Shown: one piece after another, positions 28,855 to 42,700 of the stretch
Layout of the letters: each line of letters begins with the position of its first letter
How positions within the stretch are numbered: position 1 is the stretch's first letter
From: Candidatus Eiseniibacteriota bacterium
GTDB lineage: Bacteria; Eisenbacteria; RBG-16-71-46
Assembly: GCA_963725865.1 (NCBI GenBank)
Contig: CAVSAC010000014.1
Coordinates: 1,504,001 to 1,568,000 of the forward strand
Reading direction: 5' to 3'
Length of the DNA: 64,000 nucleotides
Program-made: the position numbers and the translations under genes
Notes under the pieces: generated by a model
What the model was told of the DNA's origin: nothing
Databases searched by the model: none
The model's input: the letters and a program-made list of their open reading frames with translations, nothing else

Positions 28855-31800
28855 TCACTCGAGCACGACGCCCTTGACGATCAGGCTGCGCTCGCCGCAC
28901 TGCAGCCGCACCAGGTAGACGCCCGCCGGCAGCGATCCGGAGGAGCCGAGCGAGATCGAGTGCCGACCGGCGCCCAGCGTGCCGACCGCGCGCGAGCGCA
29001 GCCGCCGCCCCGCGAGATCGAGCAGCTCGAGCGTCGCGGGCTGGGCGTCGGCGAGGCTGAACGCGACCCGCAGATCGCGCACCGCCGGGTTGGGGAGCAG
29101 GCCGTGCAGCGCCAGCTCCACGCCCGCGGGGATGTCGACCCAGGTCTCGCCGACGAAGCGCACCGCGCCGGACTCGGTGATCCCGAGCCGATAGCCGTAG
29201 CGCGCGGCCGGCAGGACGTCGTGGTCCTCGAAGCGCAGGTAGCCCTCGCCGTCCGGCACGATCGCGCCGAGCGCGGTCCACTCGCCGTTGCCGCCGCGCC
29301 GCTGGACCGCGACCGGGTGGCCATCGGACTGCGACGCGTGCCAGAGCAGATGCGCCACGCCGGGATCGGCCGAGGCGGACACGAGCGCCACGTCGGTGGC
29401 CGTCAGCACCTGGACCGCGAGCTCCACGGGCACGTGCACGAGCGGCTGGAGCGGATCGTCGCTGCTCACGGTCAGGTCGGCGAGGTAGCTGCCCGTCGCC
29501 AGCCCGTGCGTGTCGAAGCGGATGCCGACGCCGGCGCTGCCGTGCGCCGGCACCACGCCGGACGCCGGCGTCACCGAGAGCCACGGCGGCGCCGGTTCGA
29601 GCGCGGTGAGGAACGCGCGCAGGATGCCAAGCAGCCCCGCGTCGTCGATGCGGGCGCCCGCGTCGCCCGCCATCAGCAGGTAGTAGAGCCGCGACACCGG
29701 CGCCGCGAAGCCCACCTGGTCGAAGTCGCTGTTGGTGTCGAGGAAGTAGCTGTGCGACGAGCCGCCCGGGGCGGCCAGCACGATCAGGTGGTGGACCGCC
29801 GCGCTCGCCGCGCCGAAGACGCGCTTCGCGTAGCCGAGGTAGTGCGTCCCGCCCACGTCGATCGCGAGCGCGGCGTCGTCCACGTGACCCGCGCCGTCAG
29901 CGCCGAGATCGCCGGTGATCGTGAAGCGGCTGACGCCGGCCAGGTCGGCCGCGAGGACGAACAGTCCCGGGTACTTCCGCGTGAAGTACGCACCTCCGAA
30001 CGCGGCCGACTGGGCGAGCGCGCCATCCGAGTACGGGATCGGGCCGCCGAGGTCGGTGCCGATGAAGTTGCCGCCGTCGTACATGTGCTGTCCACCGTCG
30101 AGGATCGAGGAGCCGGTGTCGCCCGCGGCGAACTCGAAGCGGTCGGGGATGAGGGACGTCACGCGCACGGCGCGCGCATCCAGTCGCGCGAGCGCTTCCG
30201 CGAGCGTCGGCAGCGCGACACTCGCGCGCGCGGCGGGCGGCGGTGCGATTGCTCCGGGCGCGCCACTGGCGCGGGCAGCCGGCGGCGGCGGCACCGCCGA
30301 GTCGACGCGAACCGCCGCAGCGCCGAGCGCGCCGAGTTCGACGCCCGCGGCGCCCGGCGCCCGGGCGCGCACCTCGGTCGCGGGGGCCAACACGCTCGCC
30401 CCTGCGCCTTCGATCGGCGCGATGCTCCACGACAGCGGGCTGGCGCCGGTGTTGATCAGCGTCAGCGGCGTGGTCCCGATCGCGTCCGGGTCCATCAGCG
30501 TCCGGACGCTCTCGGGGTACACCACCACGTGCGGCGCCTCGACTGCGGTTCCGGTCAGCGCGACGGTGAGCGTGGGCCGGTCGGGATCGTCGCCGTGCAG
30601 GCTGAGCGATCCACTCGCGGCACCCACCGCGGTCGGGGCGAAGGTCACCAACAGCGATCGCGTCTCGCCGGCGCCCAGCACGAATCCCCCGGCATCGACG
30701 TGGAAGACCGCGGGCGTGAGGTCGATCGCGCTCACGGTGAGCGAGTCGCTGCCGGTGTTCGACACCACGAGCGTGTCCACCTCGCGTGCCGCCGGCGAAC
30801 ACCGCGCCGAAGTCGAGCGCATCCGCGGAAGCCTCGAGGTTCGGGGCGCTCGTCACGTGGAGTCGCGTGGGCACGGTGACGCGCGCCACCAGCGGGTCGT
30901 TGGTCGCGAACGCGATCCGGGCCAGGTAGTCGCCGCCGGGCAGGCCGCTCGCGTCGAACTGCGCCTGCAGGGGCTGCGATCCACCCACCGCGACGGTGCC
31001 GGACGCGGGCGTCAACGCGAACCACGCCGGACGCGTGTCCGTCACGAGCACGTCGTCGAAGAACCACCCGGGATAGGTGTTCGCCTCCGCATCGCGCGTG
31101 TCGAAGTAGAACCGCACCCGGATCGTCCTGCCGGCCCACGCCGAGAGGTCGAGCAAGCTCAGCTGCCAGCTGCCGCTGTTGCCACTCGGCGCCGCGCCCG
31201 GGCCGCCGCGCAGCGGCGTCCACGTGTCGCCGTCGTCGGCCGAGACGTCCACCATGCAGAAGTCGTAGTCCGGCTCCGTCAGGTAGAGCTCGAAGAACTG
31301 GAGCGTGATCGGAGCCGTGACCAGCCTCAGGTCGATCGGCGGACTGACCACCGCGGTGCTCACCGCGCTGCCGGTGAAGTAGTCGCCCCGGGAGTCCACG
31401 CCGCACCACCACGAGGTCGTCGGACTGCTGAAGGTGCGGGTCGTGCGATGCCAGAGGTCGTCGGGGCCGTAGACCTGGCGCGTCCAGCCGTTGTCGCCGA
31501 ACTCCATGTCGTCGAAGAACAGCGTGTGCGCCGGCCCGAGCGCCGCGAGCTGGCGCCGCAGCAGCGCGCCGATCCCGCTGGGCCCGCACGGCGCCGAGAG
31601 CCCGGCGCCATCCCGCCGCGTGCCCGCGACCGCAGTGCCGGCCGCCGCGGCCCCGGGCGGCCGCGCGCGCGCGCCCGCGACGGGCGGTGGCGCGATGCCG
31701 ATGCTCAGCGACCAGCTCAGCGGGCTGCCGCCGGCGTTCGCGACGATCAGCGGTCGCGTCGCGAGGTCGCCCGAGAACAGCTCGGCGGACAGGGAGTCGG

Positions 31801-34800
31801 GCGACACCGCGAACGCCGGCGCGGGCAGCCCGCTGCCCCGCAGCGCCACGCCGCGCACCGGCTCGTCGGGATCGTCGCTGCGGATCTCGAGCGTGCCCGC
31901 GAACTCGCTCGCGCCCGGCGGAGAGAACGTGACGATCAGCCGCCGCACCGCGCCGGGCGCGAGCGTGAAGCCGCCCGCGGGTGCCGCGAACTCGGCCGGC
32001 GCGGCACTCACGCCGGCGACCGTGAGCAGGCCGGTGCCTGCGTTCGAGACCTGCAGGGTCTCGGCCTGCGTCCCGCCCACGAACACCGCGCCGAACGCGA
32101 GGCTCGAGTCCGACACCGCGAGGTGCGGTGCGCCCGTCACGTGCAGATGGGCAGGCACGCGCACCTCCGGACGCCGCGGGTCGTTGCTGCGCACCACCAC
32201 CTGGGCCTCGTGGTCCCCGCCCAACAGTCGAGTGGCATCGAACGTCACGTCGACGGTCTGCGAGGCGTGCGGCGGCACGAGCAGCGAGCGCGGCACCACC
32301 CCGAGCCAGAACGTGGACATCACCGCGCGGTCCATCACGCCCTGCAGGTCCGCGAGGTCGTCACCCGCGCCGAGCGCGGTGCCGACCGTGAGCGAGTCGA
32401 ACCCGGGCAGGTCGCCGAGGTCGAAGTGCATGAGCGGGATCCCGTCGAATCGCGTCACCGGTCCGCTCGGGAACTGGACGGTGGTCGGCCGGCGACCGAC
32501 GTCGTCCATGCCGTTCACGTCCATCGCGGCGGGGACGGTGCCCGCCGCGAGCCCCACGTACCGCACGTCCCAGCCGTACACCAGGTTCCTCGCGCGATCG
32601 TAGTTCCAGGAGTCGTCGGGGAAGTCGCCGTCCACGTCCCAGTCCGCCCACTCCTTGAACACCAGGTCGGTCACCGGCGCACCGGTGAGGTTCTCGACCG
32701 CGGTGCGGATCCCGACGCCCTTGTCGCGCTTGTCGAACGTGAACGTGCGCGTGATCCGCAGCTCGCCGTCGAGCGTGCGCACCACGCACTGCGCGACCAG
32801 CAGCGTGGAGGTGTTCACGAGCTCGCGGTACGCGACCGCGCCCAGACCCGCGCGCGCCTGGTAGCCCGCGAACACGAGATGGTCGACGCCCCCGGTTCGA
32901 TAGGCGACGGTGTAGCCGCTGAGCGGCGAGCTCACGAACAGGTGCTCGATCCCGGGCGGGTACTGGAACGGCATGATCTCGCCGTAGTCGCTGATGCCGA
33001 AGTTCAGGTAGGTCCCGGAGTAGGAGCCCGCCAGTACGGCGACTCCCGGCGCCGCGGCGCCGGCGTTCGCCGGCACAGCCAAGGGCGGCTGCGGTGCTCC
33101 GGCCGGGTCCGCGTCGATCGACGGTACGCCGCGCGCCGGGCCGATCCGGGCGGCGCCGGGCGCGGACGCCGGGGCCGGCACCGCCGACAGCGTGACCTCG
33201 AGGGCAGCGCCCCCCGGATTGGCGATCGTCAGCGTGCGCGTGGCCGACTCCCCGTAGGACAGCTGGGCGCTCAGCGAGTCGGGCGCGACCGTGAGCGCGG
33301 GTGCCAGCTTCCCCGTGCCGTGCAGCGCGACCACCACGACCGGCGAATCGGGATCGTCGCTGTGGAGCTCCAGCGTGCCCGACAGCCCCGCGACGCTCTG
33401 CGGCGCGAACGTGACGGGGATCGGGAGCGAGGCGCCGGGGGCGAGCCCGAAGCCCGTCGCAGTGGTCGAGAAGTCGGCGGGCGCGACCACCACCTGGCCG
33501 ACCGTCAGTCGGTCGGTGCCGCGGTTTCTCACCGTCACCGTCGCGGACTGCGAGGCCCCGACGAAGATCGTGCCGAACTCGAGGCTCGTCGCCGAGAGCG
33601 CGAGGTCCGGCGCGCCCGTCACGTGCATGTGGGTCGGAACGTGCGCGCTCGGCGTGACGGGATCGTTCGACCTCACGACCGCGTACGCGACGTAGTCGCC
33701 GCCCACCCGACCCGTGGCGTCGAACGTGATCTGGACGTCGGCCGAGCCGCCGGGCGGCACGACGCCGGTGGCGGGACTCCAGCTCAGGTAGCGGCCCACG
33801 CCGCTGGCCCAGAACGCCGCGTTGTGCACCAGCAGCGGGAGATCTCCGGACCAGAAGCCGGGAACCCCGAAGTAGGCGTTCACCGCCGCGACGTTGCGCC
33901 CCCGCGTGGCCACGAACGGGATGCCGTTCGCCCAGCTCGCGACGCGCACCGCTCCCGCGGCCACCGGGACCACGCCGAGGATCTCGCCGCCCGCGCCGGA
34001 GACGCCCTGCATGATGGGATGCGACGCGTCGAACTCGCCGAGCGTCGAGGCGCCGGCCGGACCGGTTCCGATGTCGAACGGGAAATAGCCGCCTGCGCGC
34101 AGCCGGCCGCCGAGCTCGTACCCGGCGATGAACGACGCCAGCGTGAACACCACGCCGCCGCCGCCGTCGATGTAGTCGGCGAGCGCGTCGCCGAGCGCCG
34201 CGCGGTCACCGAGCGCGCTGGCGACGGCGACGATCACGCAGTCGTACGCGCGCAGGTCGTCGTCGGTCGGGGTCGCGGCGCCACCGTCGAACGCGTCCAC
34301 GCGCGCGATGTCGGGGAACGCCGCGAGCAGACCCTGCAGCTCGGTCACGTCGCCGCCGGTGTACAGCAGCAGCACGCGCAGGCCGCCGGTCGCGACCGCG
34401 CCGCCGGTCGCGGACTCCGCGGGGACGAGCATCCCGCGCGGCGCGCGGGCGCCCGCCGACCAGGTGGCGGTGGCGTTGGCCGCGGCGCGCGCGGCGGACG
34501 TGCCCGGCGGCGCGAGCACGGTCGCGGGAGCGCTCGCCCCGGGCACGACGAGCGGCTCGCTCGCGAGCGCGAACGCCAGCTCGCTGGCGCCGCTGTTCGA
34601 CACGGTGAGGGTCCGGGTGGCCTGCTCGCCGCTCGGCAGGTCGGCCGACAGCGAGTCGGGCGCCACCTGCACGCGCGGTGGCGCGAGCGTCGTCCCGCTC
34701 GCGACGTTGGAGATCGGGGAGAGATTGCCGAGCTCGTCGCTCGTTCGCACCGCGAAGTAGTAGAGCGTCGAGAACCGGCCGAGGCCGCTGACGCGCACCT

Positions 34801-36325
34801 GCTCGAGCGCGCCGGCCGGCTGCGGCGCCGGCACCGCGAGGGCGCGCGCCGCGGAGTCGAAGCTCGCGACCGTGATCGGAGCGAGGGAATAGCGCACGTC
34901 GTAGCGCGCCGCGCGGCCCGCGGTGCCGTCGTCGCCGGGCGCGGTCCACTGCAGCTCGGCCCACGCGCCGTCCATCCGGCTCACGGCGAGATCGGCGATC
35001 GCCGCGGGCGGCAGGCTGTCCGGACCGCCGAGCGGCGCGAGCGCGTTCAGCCGGCCGCCCGTGCGCGTCAACCCCGCGAGCGCCGGGACCGGATCCACGC
35101 CGGCGAGCAGCAGCGTCTTGACGCCTTCGCCGTCGAGTCCGGGGTGGAGGCCCAGCACCAGCGCCGCCGCGCCCGCGACGTGCGGCGTCGCCATCGAGGT
35201 CCCGCTCTTGAGCTGGTACCCGCCGCCGGGAACGGTGCTGAGGATGTCGGTGCCGGGAGCCGCGAGGTCGACGGAGGTGGCACCGTAGTTCGAGAACGAC
35301 GCCAGGTGGTCGCGCGGGTCGCTCGCGGCCACCGAGATGATGTTCGGCAGGTCGTAGCCCGCCGGGTACACCGGATCGACGTCGTTGTCGGCGCCGTCGT
35401 TGCCCGCGGCCGCGACGAAGAGGATGCCGGCGTCGGCGGCGGCCGCGATCGCGTCGCGCAGCGCCTGGGAATAGGGAGCGCCGCCCCAGCTGTTGCTCAT
35501 CACGCGCGCTCCGATCCGCGTGGCGTACTCGATCGAGCTCACGGCGCCGGCCACCGAGCCGACGCCGTCGGCGGCCAGGAACTTGATGGGCATCAGCGTG
35601 ACGTTCCAGTTCACGCCCACCACCCCGATGGCGTTGTTCCCGATCGCGCCGATGGTGCCCGCGCAGTGGGTGCCGTGACCGTTGTCGTCCATCGGGTCGG
35701 CGTCGTCGTTCGCGAAGTCCCAGCCGTGCACGTCGTCGACGAGGCCGTCGCCGTCGTCATCCAGTCCGTTGCCCGGGATCTCCCCGGGATTCACCCACGC
35801 GTTCGCCGCGAGGTCCGGATGGGTGTAGTCCATCCCGGTGTCGATGATCGCGACCAGCACGCCGCGCGAGCCGGTGAACACGCTCCACGCCTGCGTGGCG
35901 TGGATGTCCGCGCCGGGCGTGCCGCCGTTCTGCCCGGTGTTCGCCAGTCCCCAGAGCTGGCCGAAGAACGCGTCGTCGGGCGTCGCGTAGGCGCGGACCA
36001 GGTAGTTCGGCTCGATCGAGCGGACGTTCGGGTCACGCCCGTAGCGGGCGACCGCCTGCTCGACCGTGAGCCCGCGGATCCGCTCGTGGGTGGCGCCGAT
36101 CCGCGCGAACGCGCCGATGCGGGTGGCGCCGAGCCCGCGCCGGATGCGATCCATCTCGGACGGGCTGGTGCCCGGGGCCCACTCGATGAGGACCTCGCCG
36201 GGCCGGTACGCGTGCGAGCCGGTCTGCGCCGCGGCGGGCCGCAGCGCCAGCACCACGAGCGCGAGTCCCGCGAGCAGCGCGAGGAAGCACGCATGCGGCT
36301 GCTTGCGAGCCGAGTGCCGGCACAT
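28855..36325 (-). CDS. Giant secreted S8 (subtilisin-like) serine peptidase with FN3, repeated Ig-like (ASH/choice-of-anchor D-like) modules and a T9SS-type C-terminal domain; one +1 frameshift at ~30781
   Basis: IIDTGMD, HGTHCAG, SGTSMA triad; aligns end to end with the neighbouring paralog once one base is removed at FAGGTR/VDTL. Confidence 0.85.
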
Positions 36326-36749
36326 GCGGTCTCCCGGGTCGACGGCGGCGGCCCGTCCCGCCGTGGCGAGCCGACTCCCCGGCGGGGATGCGGCGGTTGG
36401 GCGGCGAGAGGGTCGCGGTGGTCCGATCGAGCTGGCGGCCGGTGTGTCCCAGCGCGGGGAATGGTCGGCGGCAGCGGCTCATGCACCGACCTGCCACCGA
36501 GCGTAGCCGATCCCTCCTCGAATCGCGCATGAAACCCGCGGCGGGTGCAGTCCTGCGCGACTGTGGATCTCGATCCGGACCGGCGCGCGCCCGACGCTCC
36601 GATGGACGCATGCGGTCCCGTTCGGCCTGGGTGCGCCGAAACCGGCGCCCGGCCTCATGGCGGTGGCCCGAACGCACGGCAGCGATGGCCGGGGCGATCC
36701 GCTCGCCCCGGCCACCCTGCACGCGATCCCGACGAGTCGTCCGCCGCGC

Positions 36750-39700
36750 TCACTCGAGCACGACGCCCTTGACGATCAGGCTGCGCTCGCCGCACTGCAG
36801 CCGCACCAGGTACATCCCGGGCGGCAGCGTCGCGGTGGTCCCGAGCGAGATCGAGTGCCGGCCGGCGCCCAGCGTGCCGACCGCGCGCGCGCGCAGCCGC
36901 CGCCCCGCGAGATCGAGCAGCTCGAGCGTCGCGGGCTGGGCGTCGGCGAGGCTGAACGCGACCCGCAGATCGCGCACCGCCGGGTTGGGGAGCAGGCCGT
37001 GGAGTGCCAGCTCCACGCCCGCGGGGATGTCGAGCCAGGTCTCGCCGACGAAGCGCAGCGTGCCTTCCGCGGTGATCCCGAGCCGATAGCCGTAGCGCGC
37101 GGCCGGCAGGACGTCGTGGTCCTCGAAGCGCAGGTAGCCCTCGCCGTCGGGCACGATCGAGGCGACCGCGGCCCACTCGCCGCTGCCGCCGCGCCGCTGG
37201 ACCGCGACCGGGTGGCCATCGGACTGCGACGCGTGCCAGAGCAGATGGGCCACGCCGGGATCGGCCGACGACGACACCAGCGCGACGTCGGTCGCGGTCA
37301 CGATCTCGACGTCCAGTTCCACCGGCACCGTGACCAGGGGTTGGATTGGATCGTCGCTGTTCACGGCCAGGCTCCCGAGCTGGGTGCCGAGCGCGAGGCC
37401 ATGCGTGTCGAACCGGACGCTGACGCTGCTGTTGCCATGCGCCGGCACCACGCCGGACGCGGGCGTCACCGAGAGCCACGGCGGCGCCGGGGTCAGCGCG
37501 TTGATGAACGCCTTCATGATCTCGAACATCGACGCATCGCTGATGTACGCGCCGGCATTGCCCGCCATGAGCACGTAGTAGAGCCGCGCGAGCGGCGCGG
37601 TGGTGCTGACCTCGTCGAAGTCGTTGTTGGTGTCGTTGTAGAAGCTGCGCGAGGTGGAGCCGGGGTCGACCAGGATGATGAGGTGGTTGACCGAGGCGTC
37701 ACCCGCGTTGAAGACGCGCTTCACGTAGCCGAGATAGTTCAATCCGCCCATGCTGACGGAGAGCACCGCGCCATCCACCTCGCCGGCGCCGCTGGCGCCG
37801 AGCTTCCCGTAGATGGTGAACTTGTTGACTCCGACGAGGTCCGCCGCCAGCACGAACAGGCCGGGGTACTTCCGCGTGAAGTACGAGGCGCCGAACGCGC
37901 TCGAGTAGCTGATGGCGTTGTTCGAGTACGTGATCGGGCCGCCGAGGTTGGTCCGGATGAGGTTGCCGATGTCGTACATGTCCTGTCCGCCATCGACGAT
38001 CGAATTGCCGGTCTCGCCTTCGCTGAAGTCGAAGCGGTTGGGGATGATCGACGTCACCGACGGATAGCGGGTGTTGAGCTGCGCGAGCGCGTCCGCCAGC
38101 GGCGGGGGCGCCACGGAAGACGACTCGGCGCGCTGCGACGCGAATCGCGCGCCGGCCGCCGAGACCGGCGGGGCCCGGAGCGCCGCGCCCGCGCCGGCGG
38201 GCGCGCCGTCACCCGCTGCGCGGGCGAGCGTCGCCGGCACCGACTGGACGACCCGGCTCGCCTGCGCGGCCGGGGTCAGGGATTCACCCGCCGCGGCGTC
38301 GGGCGCGGGGGCGAGCACCTCGGTCAGCGGTTCCACGATGCCGCCCACGGCGCCCAGGGACGCGGTGATGTTCCACGTCAGCGGGCTGCCGCCGGTGTTG
38401 TTCAGCGTCAGCGCCTCGGTCGCGACCGCATCGGGGGGCATCAGTCGCTGGAAGATCTGCGGCGACAGGACCACGTGGGGCGCCAGGACGCACGTGCCGG
38501 CCAGCGCCACCACCAGCGTGCTCTGGTCCTGGTCGTTGCTGTGCAGCGTCAGCATTCCGCCCGACGTTCCCACGACCGTCGGAGCGTAGGTCACGGCCAG
38601 AGTCCGGCTGTCGCCGGCCGCCAGCGTGAACCCCGCAGAGGAGCCGTGGAAGACGCCGGGTGCGATGTCGACCGCGCTCACGTCGAGTAGGTCGGTGCCC
38701 ACGTTCGTGACCACGAGGCTGTCCGTGCGCGAGCCCCCGACGAACACGGTACCGAAGTCGAGGCGCTCCGCCGACACGCTGATGTTCGGGGCGCCGGTGA
38801 CGTGCAATCGCGCGGGCACCGCGAGCAGCGGCGTCAGCGGGTCGTTGCTGGCGAAGTCGATGCTGGCTAGGTAGTCGCCGCCGGGCAGGCCGGCCGCGTC
38901 GAACACCGCCTGCAGCGACTGCGACCCGGCGGCCGCCACGCTGCCGGCCGTCGGGGTCACCGACAGCCACGGGGGACTGGTCGCAGACACCAGCACGTCG
39001 TCGAAGAACCAGCCGGGGAAGCTGTTGGCGATCCCATCGATGGTGTCGAAGTAGAACCGGATGCGAATCGTCTGCCCGGTCCACGGCGAGAGGTCGAGCA
39101 TCGCGAGCCGCCAGCCTCCGCTGTTGCCGCTGGGCGCGAAGCCCAGCCCACCACGCAGCGACGTCCACGTCGTGCCGCTGTCGCTGGCACTGGAGACGTC
39201 GACCATGCAGTTGTCGTAGCCGGGCTCGGTCGAGAAGAACTCGAAGAACTGGAGGGTCACGGGAGCGATGGCGCGCGACAGGTCGATCGGCGGGGTGACC
39301 GCCGCGGTGCGGATCGGGTTGCCGGTCGCGTAGTCCCCGGTGCTCTCGCGGCCGCACCACCACGACGTGCTCGGACTGTTGTACGCGCGCGTGGTGCGAT
39401 GCCAGAGGTCGTCGATGCCGTACACCTGCTGCGTCCAGCCGTTGTCGCCGTGCTCCATGTCGTCGTAGAACACCGTCTGCGTGGTCCCGAGCGCGGCGAG
39501 TTCGTTCCGCAGCAGCCCCGCCAGGCCGCTCGGGCCGCTCGGCCGCGGGAGACCCGCGCCGTCCTGCCGCCCGGCGGAGGCGACGGACACCGCGTCGACA
39601 CCCGACGGTCGCGCGAGCCCGCGCGCCGCGAGCGCCGGAGCCGCCGGGAGCGAGGCGCTGCTGATGGTCAGCGACCACGTCAGCGGGCTGCCGCCGGGAT

Positions 39701-42700
39701 TCGCGACGACGAGCGGCTGCGTGAGCCGGTCGCCGGTGAACAGCTCGGCGGTCAGCGAGTCGGGCGTCACGACGATCGCCGGCGCGATCACGCCGGTCCC
39801 GTGGAGGGAGACGGTGAGGATGGATTCGTCGGGATCGTCGCTGTGGATCTCGAGCGTGCCCACGATCGTGGCGGCGCTCAGCGGTGAGAACGTGACGGCC
39901 AGCGTCCGAGCGGCCCCGGGCGCGAGCGTGAAGCCGCCGAGGGGCACGGTGAAGTCCCCCGGCGAGGCCGCCACGCTGGTGACCGTGAGCAGGTCGGTTC
40001 CCGAGTTCGAGACGAGCAGCGACTCGGCCCGCGACGCGCCGACGTACAGCGAGTCGAAGTCGAGGTCGGTGGACGAGACGGCGATGTCCGGCGCGCCGGT
40101 CACGTGCAGGTGGGCGGGCACCAGCAGCTCCGGCCGCACGGGATCGTTGCTGCGCAGCGCCACGCTCGCGTCGTAGTCCCCACCCACGAGTCGGCCCGCG
40201 TCGAAGGTGACGGTGACCGGCTGGGAGGAATGGGCCGGAACCACCAGCGATCGGGGATCCATGCTCAGCCAGGACGCGGACGTCGCCGTCCGGTCCATGA
40301 CGGCCTGGAGCTCCGCGAGGTCGTCGCCGATCCCGAACGCGGTGGCGACCTCGTGCGATGCGAGGGCGGAGAGGTCGCCGAGGTCGAAGTGCAGGAGCGC
40401 CAGACCGTCGAAGTTGGTCACCGGACCGGTCGTGTACTCCACGGTCGTCGAGCGGTTGGCGTAATCGTCCCACCCGTAGAAGTCCATCGCCGTCGGAGCG
40501 TCGAACGAGGCGATCCCCGCGTAGTGCACGTCCCACCCGTAGGTCATGTTCCGGGTGCGGTCGTAGTCCCAGGAGTCGTCGGCGTAGTCGTTGTCGACGT
40601 CCCAGTCGGCCCAGTCCTTGAAGACCACGTTCGTCAGCATCGTGCCGGTGAGGTTCTGCAACGTCGTCCGGATGGCCACGCCCTTGTCGTGCTTGTCGAA
40701 CGTGAACGTCCGCGTGACGCGCAGGAGGCTGTCGGTGGTCTGGGTGACGGCCTCCGCGACGAGCAGCGCCGCGGTGTTCGTGATCTCACGATAGGAGACC
40801 GGCGCCAGGCCCTGGCGGTCGTTGTAGCCCGACCAGACGACGTGATCGCCGCTGCCGGTCTGGTAGGCGACCGTATAGCCGGAGAGCGGCGAGCCCACGT
40901 TGAGGTGCTCGTTCCCGTTCGGATACTGGAACGGCATGATCTCGCCGAAATCCGTGATGCCAAAGTGCAGGTAGGTCCCGGTGTAGTCGCCCGCCATCGC
41001 GACCGGGCCCAGCGGCGCGGCGGTGGTGTTCGCGGTCGGGCCGGGCGAGGGCCTGCCGGATACGGGTGGATCGTCGAGGACGGCCGGCGTGCCGCTCGCC
41101 CACCCGGTCCGCGTGGATCCGGGCGCGGGCGCGGGCGGGGTCGAGGTCGACAGGCTGACTTCGAGCGGACTCCCTCCCGAGTTGGTGATCGTCAGCGTGC
41201 GCGTCGCCTTCTCACCCACGAACAGGCCCGCGCTCAACGACGTCGGGGACACGGCGATCTCCGGCGCGACCAGGCCCTCGCCGTGCAACGCAATCGTGAC
41301 TTCGGGCGAGTCGGGGTCGTTGCTGTGGACCACGAGTGCCCCCGTCAGCAGGGCGGCGCTCTGCGGTGCGAACGTGACGATCAGCGGACGCGACGCCCCG
41401 GGCGCCAGGTCGAAGCCGCCCGCCGGCGCCGTGAAGTCCGCCGGTGAGACCGCCACGCTGGTGACGGTGAGCAGGTCGGTGCCGCGATTGGTCACCGTCA
41501 CGGTCTCCGGCTTCGCGGCGCCGATGAACAGCGACCCGAAGTCGAGGCTCGAGGCCGACAGCAGGATGTCCGGCGCGCCGGTCACGTGAAGGTGGGAGGG
41601 GACGAGCGCCTTCGGCGTGACGGGGTCGTTGCTCATCACCGCGACGTACGCGTCGTAGTTCCCGCCCACGAGGCCGGTCGCGTCGTAGGTGACCTGGACG
41701 TCCGCCGAGCCACCGGGGGGCACCACGCCGGCGGCGGGACTCCAGCTCAGATAGCGGCCCGTGCCGCGCACCCAGAAGGCGGCGTTGTGCAGGATCAAGG
41801 GCACGTCCCCGGTCCAGTAGCCGGGGCTGCCGAGGTAGATGTTCACGCCCGCGACGTGCGGCCCGCGGGTGGCCACGAACGGGAATCCGTTCGCCCAGCT
41901 CGCGACCAGCTCGGATCCCGGGGGCACCGTGACCAATCCGAGCACGTCACCGGTGCAGCTGCCGACGCCCTGCATGATGGGATGCGCGGTGTCGAATGCG
42001 CCGAGCACCGAAGAGCCGGCCGGCCCGGAGCCGAGGTCGAACGGGTAGTAGCCGCCCGTGAGCAGACGGCCCTGCAGCGCGTAGTCGGTGATGAAGGATG
42101 CCAGCGTGAACACCACGCCGCCGCCGTCGTCGATGTAGTCGGCGAGCACGTTGCCGAGTGCCACGCGATCGCCGACCGAACTGCTCACGATGACGATGAC
42201 GCTGGCGTAGGCGCGCAGCTGCTCGAGCGTCGGAGTGGTGATCCCGCCGTCGACGACGTCCACGCTGTCGATGTCGGGGAAGGCCGAGAGCAGGCCCTGG
42301 ATCTCACCCACCGCGCCTCCGCACTGCAGCAGCAGGACGCGGAGGCCACCGGCCGTCGTCGCGCCCGTCGGCGATGTCCCGGCGGGCAGGATCAATCCGC
42401 GCGAGGGGGCCGCTCCGGCGGCGTACGAGCCGGCGGGACCCGCCGCGGTCGCGGCGGCCAGCGGCGCCGGCGACGCCGCGACCGTGGCGAGCACGGCCAC
42501 CGGCGGCACCGGGAACGATTCGCTCCCGAGATGAAAGCTCAGCTCGCTCACTCCGGTGTTCGAGACCATGAGGGTCCGCGTGGCCTGCTCACCCGTCAGC
42601 AGGTCTGCGGACAGCGAAGCGGGCGCGACCTGCACCTGCGGAGGACCGAGCGTCGTCCCGCTCGCGACATTGGACATCCCCGAGGGATTGCCCAGTTCGT

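Noticed and set aside
29915..36532. Very long antisense ORFs (this one, 58498-63750, 50350-53952 and others)
   Set aside because: Shadow ORFs of real genes; Arg/Ala/Gly-rich with no motifs.
28851..37270. Diversity-generating retroelement template/variable repeat pair
   Set aside because: No reverse transcriptase in the window, both copies are coding, and the mismatches are not adenine-specific.
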